Translations under genes and position numbers: made by a program
NCBI RefSeq assembly: GCF_001194135.2
Contig: NC_068997.1
Coordinates: forward strand, 17,485,190-17,532,086
Reading direction: 5' to 3'
Source of the DNA: Octopus bimaculoides
Taxonomy: Eukaryota
DNA length: 46,897 nucleotides
Notes under the pieces: model-generated
Told to the model about the DNA's origin: nothing
Database searches by the model: none
The model's input: the letters and a program-made list of their open reading frames with translations, nothing else
Shown: one piece after another, positions 11,453 to 23,560 of the stretch
Layout: each line of letters begins with the position of its first letter
How positions within the stretch are numbered: the stretch's first letter is position 1

Positions 11453-11578
11453 GGTGTTTACACACCTTTTTACCGCAAGAGAAATAATTTCTCTACGGTA
11501 ACTGCTGTGAATTTGTCTTTTAGTAGTTGAAATATGACACAAACATGTTTTACTTAACCTAAATTTTGTTTGGCGCTA
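11453..11578 (-). repeat. Inverted copy of the interior of the 11080-11274 element
   Basis: About 80% ungapped identity over about 120 nt to the reverse complement of 11124-11243, ending in TTGGCGCTA, the inner part of the TIR. Confidence 0.8.
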
Positions 11579-11719
11579 GCAATGGGAATGAACCTGAAGC
11601 CAAGTCTTTGCAAAGCGTGTTTCATTACCATATAGGCGTGCTTGCACCTATTATTTCATCTTATTTCTCAATAAAATTTATAAACACATCGATCTACTTT
11701 TCATATATTTAATTACTTA

Positions 11720-12480
11720 AACTAATACATCCATATAGTTATTTTAACCAACCATTACTTTTCTTTCCATTTTTGTTTTCAAATTTCCTTTCTTCGATAA
11801 AATTTGCGACAATTTTAATTAAGTCAATTATTTCCCTTTACCCGACTCTCCGATCCACTTAACAATTTAGAAAAGAAATTTAGTCAGTCTCCTTTACATA
11901 TTTAGTATTTGACAATGTTTTCCATAGGTAAAAATCTTAAATTTACATTTATATACATTAATTTATTTTATTTTAATTCAAGTATTATATACCATACTTA
12001 ACGCTCTTATATCACAAACATACATAATCGTCTTAATTTCTTAATGTACATTAAAGACTTTATACATTTTCTTCTTAGAGTTCTGTAACCGTTTTAAAAT
12101 TTCTACTTTCGTATCATAAATTATTATTTTACATTTATTTAGTCATATTATGAAAGTTCCTTCAAAAATTATTTCATACATTTACACAAAATTACATTTT
12201 AATTAGGCTAAATTAATTTTCATATCAACAGTTCTCACTAACAATTAACTGTTCTCAACATAGTAACAAATTTATTCCCTCTCCAACAATATCTAGCTTC
12301 CTACATCTGTTTATAATGAAATTTATTAAATCTGATTCTTCCAAGACTTCTAACTCTAATGGCTAACTGTTTTCAAACCTATCCTTCATAGATATTACAT
12401 TAATGTAATTTCTTCTCTTATACTCTTGCTAAGTCTTCTTTCTCTGAATGAGGAATTATCGGATTTTCTTTCTGTATTTA
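11720..12480 (-). mobile_element. Highly decayed L1/Tx1-like LINE ORF2 3' region (tentative)
   Basis: A-rich minus strand. Frameshifted relic ..DFYLWKTLSN..(Y)*ICK/ETD*ISFLNC resembles the C-terminal K.F.W motif and C..C..ET..H.F..C zinc knuckle of L1/Tx1 ORF2. Confidence 0.35.
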
Positions 12481-12987
12481 GTCTCATCTATTCATTCTCT
12501 TGATATGAAACAGATTGTATACTCACAAAATAGTTATTTTACATAAACCAGCTATGACTTGATCTGAGAAATTTATTTTGCATTTAGTTTGGCTTACTTA
12601 GTGCCTGAGAACTTAAAATGTCATCACTACCACTTCTCATTTTCTGCATATATATATACGTGCAATTGCTTAAACACATAAGCATATTGGAGAAAAATAT
12701 AAACATAAGCATATATATACGCAGACGCGCCTATATGTATATATTTCATCAGTCAATCTTTTGCCCTCTTCGTCTCTCATCCACTGTTATAAGTAAAGAA
12801 AATTGAAAATATCGATTGTAATAAAGCAAATGAAAGAAAAGAACAAATATTATGAGCCATGAGCGGTTCTCTCCCCTTCGGGGAAAACTCTTCTTCTCTT
12901 CTGTTTCTTTGCAAATTCTCTTTCTTTCTACTATAGTCGACAGCACCAACAATCGCCAGTCCAAATTCCCACGTATACACACACACA

Positions 12988-13021
<34 letters not shown>

Positions 13022-13034
13022 CATACATACATAC

Positions 13035-13121
<87 letters not shown>

Positions 13122-13269
13122 TGTGTCTGTGTATGTGTCTGTGAGTGTGTAAGCAAAATTAGAGAGTGGTGTAGGATTAAACCCAGGGTGCATATTTCAT
13201 AGTTAGCAGAACCTGGGTAGTAGTAACTGCCCAAAACGAGTGGTAATTTTTCTTCCCTAATTCCGTGCT

Positions 13270-13420
13270 TTCTATGCAGTTTCGATCGAATCTCCAGCGA
13301 GTAAACATGGAATTCCTTGACGACAATATAAACTTCATTTGATTAAGGTATCTTTGGCCTGACGTGAATCTACCAGATTACCCCTCTTCTGGATAATTCT
13401 TACTTCCGAGGTTCTGCTAG
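13270..13420 (+). pseudogene. Tc1/mariner transposase fragment, maT/DD37D-like C-terminal motif
   Basis: Translates QRVNMEFLDDNINFI*LRYLWPDVNLPDY, then frameshifts to LFW. This compares with the WPP.SPDLNPLDY..W motif and the clearer copy at 45746. Confidence 0.5.
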
Positions 13421-14719
13421 CAATGAAACATATGTAGCGTTTATTTTATCTACTCTGATACTTCAGTTTGGATTTTTATTCGCATACACAGCAAAATCAG
13501 CTGCTAAACTGTAAGCTATAAAATAACATTTTTCAGCTCATCGAACTTCGGTAGGGGAAAGATTTACAAGCTTCTACGTCAATAAACTATTATTGTTCAT
13601 GAAAGTTGTTTTTATAACTTCTACGGACCGCAAGAAGCTTACTAACTGCCTACACCGTGANNNNNNNNNNNNNNNNNNNNNNNNNNNNNNNNNNNNNNNN
13701 NNNNNNNNNNNNNNNNNNNNNNNNNNNNNNNNNNNNNNNNNNNNNNNNNNNNNNNNNNNNNNNNNNNNNNNNNNNNNNNNNNNNNNNNNNNNNNNNNNNN
13801 NNNNNNNNNNNNNNNNNNNNNNNNNNNNNNNNNNNNNNNNNNNNNNNNNNNNNNNNNNNNNNNNNNNNNNNNNNNNNNNNNNNNNNNNNNNNNNNNNNNN
13901 NNNNNNNNNNNNNNNNNNNNNNNNNNNNNNNNNNNNNNNNNNNNNNNNNNNNNNNNNNNNNNNNNNNNNNNNNNNNNNNNNNNNNNNNNNNNNNNNNNNN
14001 NNNNNNNNNNNNNNNNNNNNNNNNNNNNNNNNNNNNNNNNNNNNNNNNNNNNNNNNNNNNNNNNNNNNNNNNNNNNNNNNNNNNNNNNNNNNNNNNNNNN
14101 NNNNNNNNNNNNNNNNNNNNNNNNNNNNNNNNNNNNNNNNNNNNNNNNNNNNNNNNNNNNNNNNNNNNNNNNNNNNNNNNNNNNNNNNNNNNNNNNNNNN
14201 NNNNNNNNNNNNNNNNNNNNNNNNNNNNNNNNNNNNNNNNNNNNNNNNNNNNNNNNNNNNNNNNNNNNNNNNNNNNNNNNNNNNNNNNNNNNNNNNNNNN
14301 NNNNNNNNNNNNNNNNNNNNNNNNNNNNNNNNNNNNNNNNNNNNNNNNNNNNNNNNNNNNNNNNNNNTATATATATATGTATCTATGTATGTATCTATGT
14401 ATGTATGTATGTATGTGTATATCATAACAAGATATAATGGGAAAAATTAATATGTGAAATCATTCAAAACTATAGATGGCTGCCAAATAAAAAAATTCTT
14501 GGATGGAGAAATGTGTGTGTCTGTGTGTGTGTGTGTGTGTCTGTGTGTGTGTGTGTGTTTGTGTGTCTACGTGATTATATATATTTATTCAGTTACTGAG
14601 TTTGTTTAAATGTCATTGAACCAGATAAGTACCAGATTCTGTTCCTACTAAATAGATTTCACTCTTCAATTAAATTCAAGATGTTGTAAGAAATACAGGT
14701 GGTGCCAGTAGCAGAATGT

Positions 14720-14985
14720 GTGCAGACAATGATAATGAAGGCGGTTGTAATGAAGATGATGATGAGGAGGAGGAGGGGAGGAGGAGGAGAAAAAGGAGGG
14801 TGCATTTGAGGATGATGATGATTGTCATAGTTGTGTTTGTGCTGGCGGCGGTGATGATACAGATGACAGTGACGACGACGATGACGATGGTGATGAATGA
14901 TGAGGCGATGGCGATGACGATGCTGAAGATTATGATTATGATGATAATGGTATCAGTAATTATGATGATGGTGACGACATCGATT
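14720..14985. repeat. Compound (GAT)/(GAC)/(GAG) trinucleotide low-complexity tract
   Basis: Directly visible. Confidence 0.9.
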
Positions 14986-15267
14986 TCAAGGAAGTGGAAC
15001 ACGCAGAATTGATTTTTGGAAGAAATAACGGATTGTTGAACGAGTAACTACATATAAAGTACGGCTTGAAAAACATTAGTGGTAATAAGTGTCAGCTAAG
15101 AAGCAAAACTGCGTCCTTGCTATTCACGCCATCTTCAGAGAAGATATAAGCATTGGATAAAACGTCCAAAAATATTCATGAAATTAGCATAAATGGGTAA
15201 TGTTTACCAAACTTCTGATTGCACGAATGATTTTGTGCGCGTGGGTGTGTGCGTATCTGCGTCTCTT

Positions 15268-15302
<35 letters not shown>

Positions 15303-15609
15303 ACGAGTGTGTGTTTGTATGTGTGTTTGTATGTGTGCGTGTGTGTGTGTGTGCTTGCATGTGCGTGTGTGCACGTGCGCGTGCGTGTGTATTTAATCGT
15401 TGTCTTCACAAACACATCAAAAAAAGAATATTGGGAAGGATGTGTCGAAATGAAGTTTATAGAGTACGACATTTCCTTTCCCATTAATAATTTTAATTGG
15501 GAGTAGTGACACATAGATATACAATCAAATTGATTTCATCTTCGATATCGAATCTAGTTATAACGTAATAATAAGACAGGGAAGGATCTTGTTGATGTTT
15601 ACTTATTGG

Positions 15610-15881
15610 GCCGAAACGGTAAAGTTACTTTCTCGAGTCATACCGACTCTTGAGGGTCGGATTCCTGGTTTCATGGCAAATGTATCCCTCACCTGCACAA
15701 GACGCCGGTCTGTCGCAGAATTACTCATTTTTGCCAGATGAGTGGACTGGAGCGACGTGAAATGAAGCGTTTTACTCAAGAACATAATGCGTCGCCCGGT
15801 CCAGGAATCGAATCAACAATCGAAACTACAATCATACGATCATAAGTCCAACACCCTAACCACTAAGCCAAGCCCCTCCAC
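15610..15881 (-). mobile_element. tRNA-derived SINE type 2 (same core as 2315, different 3' tail), near full length
   Basis: The minus strand begins GTGGAGGGGCTTGGCTTAGTGGTTAGGGTGTTGGACT (A box), then GATTCGATTCCTGGACC (B box). The core is CATTTCACGTCGCTCCAGTCCACTCATCTGGCAAAAATGAG and the tail GAAACCAGGAATCCGACCC..GACTCGAG. Confidence 0.85.
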
Positions 15882-15977
15882 CAATTGAGCAGAAGGGTTA
15901 GATAAACTAATAGAAAATATTAAGAATAACCATTAGTTAGGATATCCATGTTATTTTTGTATTTATACAGTTTACAG

Positions 15978-16015
15978 TAGTGGTTCTCAATCGGGTTCCT
16001 CGTGACCTTTGTGGG
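15978..16015 (+). mobile_element. Possible hAT-type left terminus fragment
   Basis: TAGTGGTTCTCAATCGGG resembles the CAGTGGTTCTCAAC termini of hAT-Charlie MITEs. No partner end found. Confidence 0.3.
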
Positions 16016-16346
16016 TCTCCGTAAGCTTTCGTTAAATGTTTTGTGCAATAAACCAATTATACTTCTATAAAACAATAAATATATATTTTTAATACAATTC
16101 CTCCTAATATTTATTTTTTTAAAAATATATTAACAGGATTATGTCATATGTAAACAAACATAAGTTCGTTTTTGAAGCATTGAAATGTACTGTAGAACAC
16201 GCAGAAAGATAAATTTTTTTTCTTCAGGTAAATACTGAACATAGCTGGTTGCCGGCAAATTTTTCTTCTCTTGAAATGATTTTATCCTTTGTTCAGTATT
16301 TACGTGTTGAAAAAAAATTATCCTTCTAGTTGTTCTTCAATAACAG

Positions 16347-16409
<63 letters not shown>
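16347..16409. repeat. (GATA)n tetranucleotide microsatellite
   Basis: Directly visible. Confidence 0.97.
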
Positions 16410-17115
16410 GTGTATCCAGGAGTGTGTTTGGTGATGTGTCTGTTGTGTGGGGGCTGGAATTTATATGCCTGTATGCGTGTAGGATTGTAACATGGTTAAT
16501 TGCAGACATAGATAGTGAATGCAAACAATACGTTTATGATCTGCCAATGATCCAAAGTCTCGCATAGTCACGAGAAGAAATTTGACTAATACAAACCAAG
16601 GAGTGAAATATGAAACATTTAAATTTATAAATTTAGACAGAAAACCAATTCACTTTAGACGAAAAAATATATCTATATATAAGAACGTATATTTCTACCG
16701 TATATATTCTTGTCATTTGTTCTTACTTAGCTTAGGGCTAAGCTTTAGAACTATATTAAAAATTGCCGATATTTCTTGACGCTTGCAATATTGTGATATT
16801 GCACCGACAAACGAACACACACGCATACATATATACACACATATATGTACATATATATATATATATATATATATANNNNNNNNNNNNNNNNNNNNNNNNN
16901 NNNNNNNNNNNNNNNNNNNNNNNNNNNNNNNNNNNNNNNNNNNNNNNNNNNNNNNNNNNNNNNNNNNNNNNNNNNNNNNNNNNNNNNNNNNNNNNNNNNN
17001 NNNNNNNNNNNNNNNNNNNNNNNNNNNNNNNNNNNNNNNNNNNNNNNNNNNNNNNNNNNNNNNNNNNNNNNNNNNNNNNNNNNNNNNNNNNNNNNNNNNN
17101 NNNNNNNNNNNNNNN

Positions 17116-17166
<51 letters not shown>

Positions 17167-17426
17167 CACACATATGTATTAAACTACATATATTGATATA
17201 TGTATGTGTGTTTATATATATTAAGTCCAACTCTATATATGATATCGGACTACAGAAATGCCTGGACACACCCTGTATTTGTGTGTATGTATACAAGCAT
17301 ATGTGCAAATCTACACAAGTAAATATATGTGTACTGGTACATACGCTTATATGTATATAATCATATAATTGTGTGCACACACATGTATATATAAACATAT
17401 ACGTGTATATATGTGTATGTGTGTGT

Positions 17427-17489
<63 letters not shown>

Positions 17490-17925
17490 TGTGTATGTAA
17501 TTGTGTCAAAAAACATACATCTGTGCGTAGCACTTTGTCTATAACAAGTCATAGATTCATTAAATGTTTCCCGAGGCAATTGTGCGGATTCTTTGTAGAA
17601 TTTTTCAGATTCGGGTCTGCAGAAAATTTCTGAAATTGTGTGATTATATTAATAATTTGCAACAGTGATTGCTGAGAAGATATAACAAAGAAACATGGTA
17701 AAATATAAGGGCGCAAATATAATGGTGATATTTTCGAAGAAATTCTTTAAAGATTGAAATGTGTGTCGTATCTGTTTAGAAATAAAATAGAATATATATC
17801 TGCAAGTTGCGTGAAATATATTTATTGAATTCATATATAGACAGACAAAGACATATACGGGGAAATTGTTTCGTCAAATCGTAATTGAAGTACATGCGTA
17901 CATACACACACACATATATATATAG

Positions 17926-18311
17926 TCTTTTACTTATTTCAGTCATTTGACTGTGGCCGTGCTGGAGCACCGCCTTTAGTCGGACAAATCGACCCCAAAG
18001 ACTTATTCTCTGTAAGCTTACTACTTATTCCAACCCTCTTTGCCGAACTGCTAACTTACAAGGAAACAAACACACCAACATCGGTTACCAAGCGATAGTG
18101 GGGGCAAGAACAGACACAGACACACAAGTACATGCATATATATGCACGATAGTCTGCTTTCAGTATCAGTCTACCAAATCCCCCCACAAGGCTTTGGTCG
18201 GCCCGAGGCTACAGTAGAAGACACTCTCCCAAGTTGCCGCACAGTGGGACTTTAAACGAAACCATGTGGTTTGAGAAGGAAGGTTCTCGCCACACAGCTA
18301 CCCCTGCTCCC
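17926..18311 (-). mobile_element. tRNA-derived SINE type 1, full length
   Basis: Best-preserved copy: head (plus strand cagtgggac..aaccatgtggtt..cacacagc), body ctaccaaatc..acaaggctttggtcggcccgaggct, internal microsatellite, and 3' end agtcatttgactgtggccgtgctggagcaccgcctttagtcg. Resembles octopus OK/OR-type SINEs; exact family not assigned. Confidence 0.92.
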
Positions 18312-18328
18312 CTAATATATATATATAT

Positions 18329-19052
18329 GGGTTGGAAAAAATAATGGAAACACCTTAAGATTTGAAGCAAATTTATTTTAACATTACAGCTTGAATTATA
18401 CAAGCTATGGACTCATACAAAGTTTGAACTGTTTCCAAAGGAATTTTTATTTATCCATTCTTCTGCTAAAACAGTCTCCAGGTCTTGTAGTGATTATGGT
18501 GGAGGATATTGACTAATTATATGTCTTTCTAAAATGCACCAGATATGTTCAATAGTTTTGAGATCTGAGGACTGTGGTGGCCAGATATGATGTTCAACTT
18601 CACTAGAATGTTTCTCGTGCCATTCAGTACCAAATTTAACTGTATTAATTGATGCATTATCATCCTGCGAAACTGCGTTTCCCTCTGGAAACAGTTCCGC
18701 AACCATAGAATGAATATGATTAGATAAAATGCTTAAGTAGTCTTGAATATTAATTCTGCCATAAATAGAAACCATTGGACAGGCGGTTTCCAAGTTATAG
18801 CTACCTTAATCATCGCAGATCATTGAAAGTACTGTTTATCTGATTGCAGCCCTCCCACGAAATCCGGCTTTGTGCAACTTTCGGCGAACAGTCTTTTGGG
18901 AGTTGTATTTTTGTGATCCTTTCTAACAATTCGCGTAAGAGTCCGACGGTCCCTATCCGAAAGTTTTGGTTTTCTTCCGGAATTTTGTTTCGACGAGGAG
19001 GTTTTTCCCACTTTCTCAAAGGCTGTCATTACTTTTGAGACAGTACTTCTTC
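18329..19052 (-). pseudogene. 5'-truncated Tc1-like transposon, same family as 1099-1800, D-x36-E spacing
   Basis: TIR GGGTTGGAAAAAATAATGGAAACACC at 18329-18354. Relic peptides: RSTVSKVMTAFEKVGKTSSSKQNSGRKPKLSDRDRRTL; KTVRRKLHKAGFRGRAAIR; PMVSIYGRINIQDY...QDDNAS...WPPQSSDLKTIEHIW. Two internal deletions. Confidence 0.93.
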
Positions 19053-20005
19053 CATAATATCGCTCCACCCGCTTCATATCCTTTCCATATACAGATCACA
19101 TCGTACTGTACTGCGTAGACTTCTCACTGACTTTCCGGGAAGTAGTTAACATTCGTATTGCCCAGTAGTTACAATAAAGTAGTTATAAACGTCTCAAAAC
19201 TCAACTGCTCGTCCGGAAAGTTTTTATTGAAAGGATATATATTCATCACCTCACAATTGTATGGAACTTAATACGGAATGTCTTCTGACTTGCATGCCGC
19301 AAAGATTTTCTTGAGTTCTAGTAAGTTTCTATAAGTTGTAGTAGGTTCCTTACTTTCAGAGCAATGTATTTTACCAGAAAGATTCTTAGAGATTCTGAAC
19401 CGCTCAATCCGCTACAAACATTCTTACTCGAATGAGGGTGAATTGCGTTGGTCGATAAGTTTGTATTAACGCCCAAACTATCTTCACATTTATTCTGCAC
19501 TTTCAATGTCCCTGTGTGTTAAGAAAATTTGGACTGGCTTCCATCTTTAGTTGTAAGCTACGGGTTGATAGACCACCGGGCACATCAGAGACCATTGCAA
19601 TGTTGGCGTTTTTCTTATTTTGATATTCGCAAGGCACTGGTTATATTTACTGTGAAGTTAATTATCTCCCCTGTGTTCTTCGCTGTCTTTTTCTAAATGC
19701 GCTTTTTCATTATAAAGTCATTTGCATCGGACGCAGTTAACAAAACTCGTTGTTGTTTCTAACAGCTTGATAAACTGCGAAGTAATTAATTTTCGTCCAG
19801 GAAAGCTTGGGTAGCTCTATTTCGCAAGACTTGAGGCTTTTATTATGATAACAGACAGATAGACAGAAAAAAACACACGCACGCACGCCCACGTACACAC
19901 ACACATTCATACGTACATACAAACACACACATACACATACACACACACATATATACATATGTATGTATAGATGTACAGAGGGAAAATATTAGAGACTGAT
20001 GAGAA

Positions 20006-20410
20006 CTTTTATCTTGTACGTGTCTTTCAATCATTAGACTGCGGTCATGCTGGGGCACCACCTTCAAGAATTTTAGTCGAAAGAATCGACCCCACAGCTT
20101 ATGTTCTTTAACCCTGTTATTTATTCGATCACTTTCTTTTGCTGAAGCGCTACGTTACGGGGACTTAAACGCAGCAGTATTGGTTGTCACGTGGTGGTGG
20201 TGGTGGTGGTGGGCAAACGCAGACACAAAGACACATGCACAAACATACACATTCACACACAGACACACAATACATAGGACAGGGTTCTTTCAGTCTCCAC
20301 CTACCAAGTTCACACCAGCAAACGCATATTGAAGTTGCCATGCTGTGGGACCGAACCTGGAAGTATATGGTTGCGAAACAAAAGACGCACCGCACAGGCA
20401 AGCCTGCGAC
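20006..20410 (-). mobile_element. tRNA-derived SINE type 1, near full length with internal deletion
   Basis: Collinear with 17926-18311 from the 3' end (tttcaatcattagactgcggtcatgctggggcaccacc) to the head (ctgtgggaccgaacctggaa). Confidence 0.88.
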
Positions 20411-21457
20411 TGTTCAGATTAAAGTTCACAAAATGCTACACTATTTTTCAAGAGTTTCTTGAACGCGAATTTTCTTGTTAATTTGGAAATCGTTAAATAA
20501 AGTTTACGCTGAAAATATTACTATACAGATGCCATTAATTCTTTTTGTCCGCCATAATGTTTTCAATGTTATATTGTCGCCATCGTCTTTATAATGAAGC
20601 ATGATTAATGTGATCTTTCGATTTCCACTACACTCTTATTATCACAATCTTTATGATCAAAATGGGGATATTATATACACAATAAATATCATCTTAGTTA
20701 CTGTCGAAGTGATAATTAGTTAATCATTGTAATGCAGTTGTCATATGGCGAAATAGAAATGCATCGAATTTCTTGAGTTTACGAATATAGAAAATATATT
20801 TGTATGTGTGTATTTATATATGTGGCTGCGTATGCGTGTGTGCCCTTGTGTGTGTATGTATGTGTATGCTTGATTATGAGAGTAAATGTATCAGTTTGGT
20901 ATGATGACAGGGTGAGTTAGAAAACTTAAGGCAGAGATTGATAGAGAGTCCGAGAAAGAGAAACACAAATCAGCGAAAATGACTGAGAAGGCAGGGCAGA
21001 GTATGATAAGGATGAGGAAGGGAAGCGGAGTGAAATTTTTTATGAGAGATGACATTTCAGTAGAAATCTAATCATGATTATTAGATGTCTCTGAAACTTA
21101 AATGAATAGTTTTATATCTTTCAGTATTGTGGTAACAAAGGAAATTAGTTGATACAATTTGCAAAGAAGAAAGTAAACGGTTGCAGAAGAAATTTAAACA
21201 TTATTTACGATTTACTAGATATCTCAAAATTGGTTTATGCCACTATAAGCAGAACAAACTATACCACTGTTTTCATGTACATATTCATCATTGAATTTCT
21301 AAACGTCTCAGCCGTTCAGATACTAATAAGATGGTATATTTTGAGATTCATTATATGCATACATACATACATATATGTATATATATATATATATATATAT
21401 GAAATTGAAGAAACTAGAGTCAGCAAGAATGAGTACGCTGGGACAGTTATTTTTTAA

Positions 21458-21680
21458 TCCCTACAATTGTTTCGACGCAACGTACTTCTCCATGAACTGC
21501 GTTGTAGTTGATTATGCATCTGTTTGTTTCCATAATGAAGTGTAGTTTTGATTCCTCAGGCGATATGCGAGAGTTGTCTCCCTTAGCAAATTACCTAGAT
21601 CTCATTATGCAAGCAAGCAGTTGCATAATCCAATACCTGTATTCCTCATGACCTACATTGCGTCGAATCAATTGTAGAGA
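21458..21680. mobile_element. TTAA-flanked fold-back MITE (223 bp), piggyBac-like by TSD
   Basis: TTAA at 21454-57 and 21681-84. The terminal 26 bp are inverted (TC[C/T]CTACAATTG[T/A]TTCGACGCAA[C/T]GTA, 23/26). A second inner inverted block GATTATGCA.CTG.TTG.TT.CATAATGA extends the arms to about 90 bp. Confidence 0.8.
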
Positions 21681-21789
21681 TTAAAAAGTAAATGTCCAAC
21701 CGTACTCTTTGTTGACTCCAATTTCTTCAATTTTAAATTCACACACGCCGAATGCACAAACTTAAACATGGAAGTATATAATAATACTA

Positions 21790-21918
21790 TCGGATATTTC
21801 TGACCTTGCAATTAAGTACCAGTTACGCACTGGGGTTGATATAATCGACTTAATCCATTTGTCTGTCGTTCTTCGTCCCCTCGGTGTGTAGCCTCTTGTG
21901 GGTAGTAGAGAAATAAGG
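21790..21918 (+). mobile_element. tRNA-derived SINE type 3, 3' half
   Basis: aattaagtaccagttacgcactggggttgatataatcgacttaatcc...cttgtgggtagtagagaaataagg matches a recalled octopus SINE consensus and, inverted, 23405-23450. Confidence 0.75.
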
Positions 21919-22257
21919 AAATGCAGGAGGATCAATTAATCACGATTTGATTCAACGCATTCTCTTCTCAGATTCACAAAGCTATTCTAGTGGATCTTTA
22001 GTTTTTCTGAAGCCCTGTAAAAGAACGCGGAATGCTGGTCTTCCAGCCAGGCCTTTCGCGAGACCCTTAAAACCAGGATATTTTCCCCACCCCACCTATA
22101 TGGATTATTTGTTTGTTTTATTACATTTATTTTATTGAAACGTCGCAAGCTACGAATATAAATTTCATTTCACTAATTAGTTTTCGTAATTTTCTTTCTC
22201 TTTCAAGCTCATCATCATCATCATCTCTTTCTCTCTCTCTCTATTTCTCTCTCTCTC

Positions 22258-22306
<49 letters not shown>

Positions 22307-22397
22307 TTCTTACTCCCTCCTTCTCATGCACACATATGTATGTATGTATGTATGCATATATATANNNNNNNNNNNNNNNNNNNNNNNNNNNNNNNNN

Positions 22398-22449
<52 letters not shown>

Positions 22450-23377
22450 ATCATTCTATTCAGATCATACAAATGTGCACTTAATGAGAAAAACACATTA
22501 ATTTCTGTACATAAAATACATTCTACTAGTTGTCAATTGGAGTTCTGTTTCAACACGATACTCCAGGTCCATAATACCCTCCTACAATTCCTCACCTCCT
22601 ACTCCTTGAAGCTTCTTCTCTCTCCCTATCACTGTCTCTCCTCCTTCTCTTTCTCTCTCTCCGTACAGAATCCTATGTCTCTCATTCGGTATATACATAT
22701 ATGCATACAGAGAATCATACAAGAACACACGTACATATAAATATTCATATATACATAAACATGCACATATGTAAATATACACAAATACCCCCCCACACAC
22801 ACACATAAATTTATAAGTATGCATACACACATATATATGCACACACACACGCAAGCACACATATATATATATGTGTATATACGCACTAATAATATAGCAA
22901 GACGTATAATGTGCCTACATAATTACCTCTTCATAATTTACATGTAATTTAAGGTTATAAATCATAAATCTATTGAAGTGTAAGTGTCGTTATGAGCATT
23001 CGTGTGTATATATATGTATGTGTATACATTGACACATGGAAACATATGTGTGCGTAGAAGTCTAAGTGTGTGGCCATGTGAATCCATCTGTTGCTTCGTT
23101 CGAAAATCTTGAAAGTTTGTTATTCAAATACTGAATCCACAATGATTAGATCATGAACATATTTCCACACAGATACATTTTCTTGAATTCTTGTAGAATT
23201 CCGTGCGTGCGTGCGTTCGGGCGTGTGTGTTTGTTTGTGTGTGTGTATTGTGTATTAATATATGAAAAACAAAATCACGTTAAATTCTTGCAACTAAAGG
23301 AAAACTACGGCATATCAACTTCAAATATTCCGCGAGAGCCTTTGTTGCCGCAGAAGGTATTGGTTTCAAACTTTGGT

Positions 23378-23560
23378 ATAAGGCCAGGAATTTTGGTGTT
23401 GGGGTAAATCGATTACATCGACACCAGTGTTCAATAATAATATTATCGATTCCCAAATGATGAGAGGCAAACTTAAAACTCAGTGATTTTTTATTATCTC
23501 AGAATATAAAGACGGACGAAATTCCACTAAGCCTTACGACCGGCGTGCTAGTTCTATAAT
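23378..23560 (-). mobile_element. tRNA-derived SINE type 3
   Basis: aatcgattacatcgacaccagtg...gatgagaggcaaa...ctcagaatataaagacggacgaaattccactaagc...ccggcgtgcta. Confidence 0.75.

Noticed and set aside
14676-15012. Asp/Glu/Met-rich and Ile/Ser-rich ORFs on both strands
   Set aside because: Trinucleotide low-complexity tract with no splice or homology support.
19120-19225. Short inverted pair ACTTTCCGG / CCGGAAAGT
   Set aside because: A 9-10 bp match without TSD or extension is within chance expectation.
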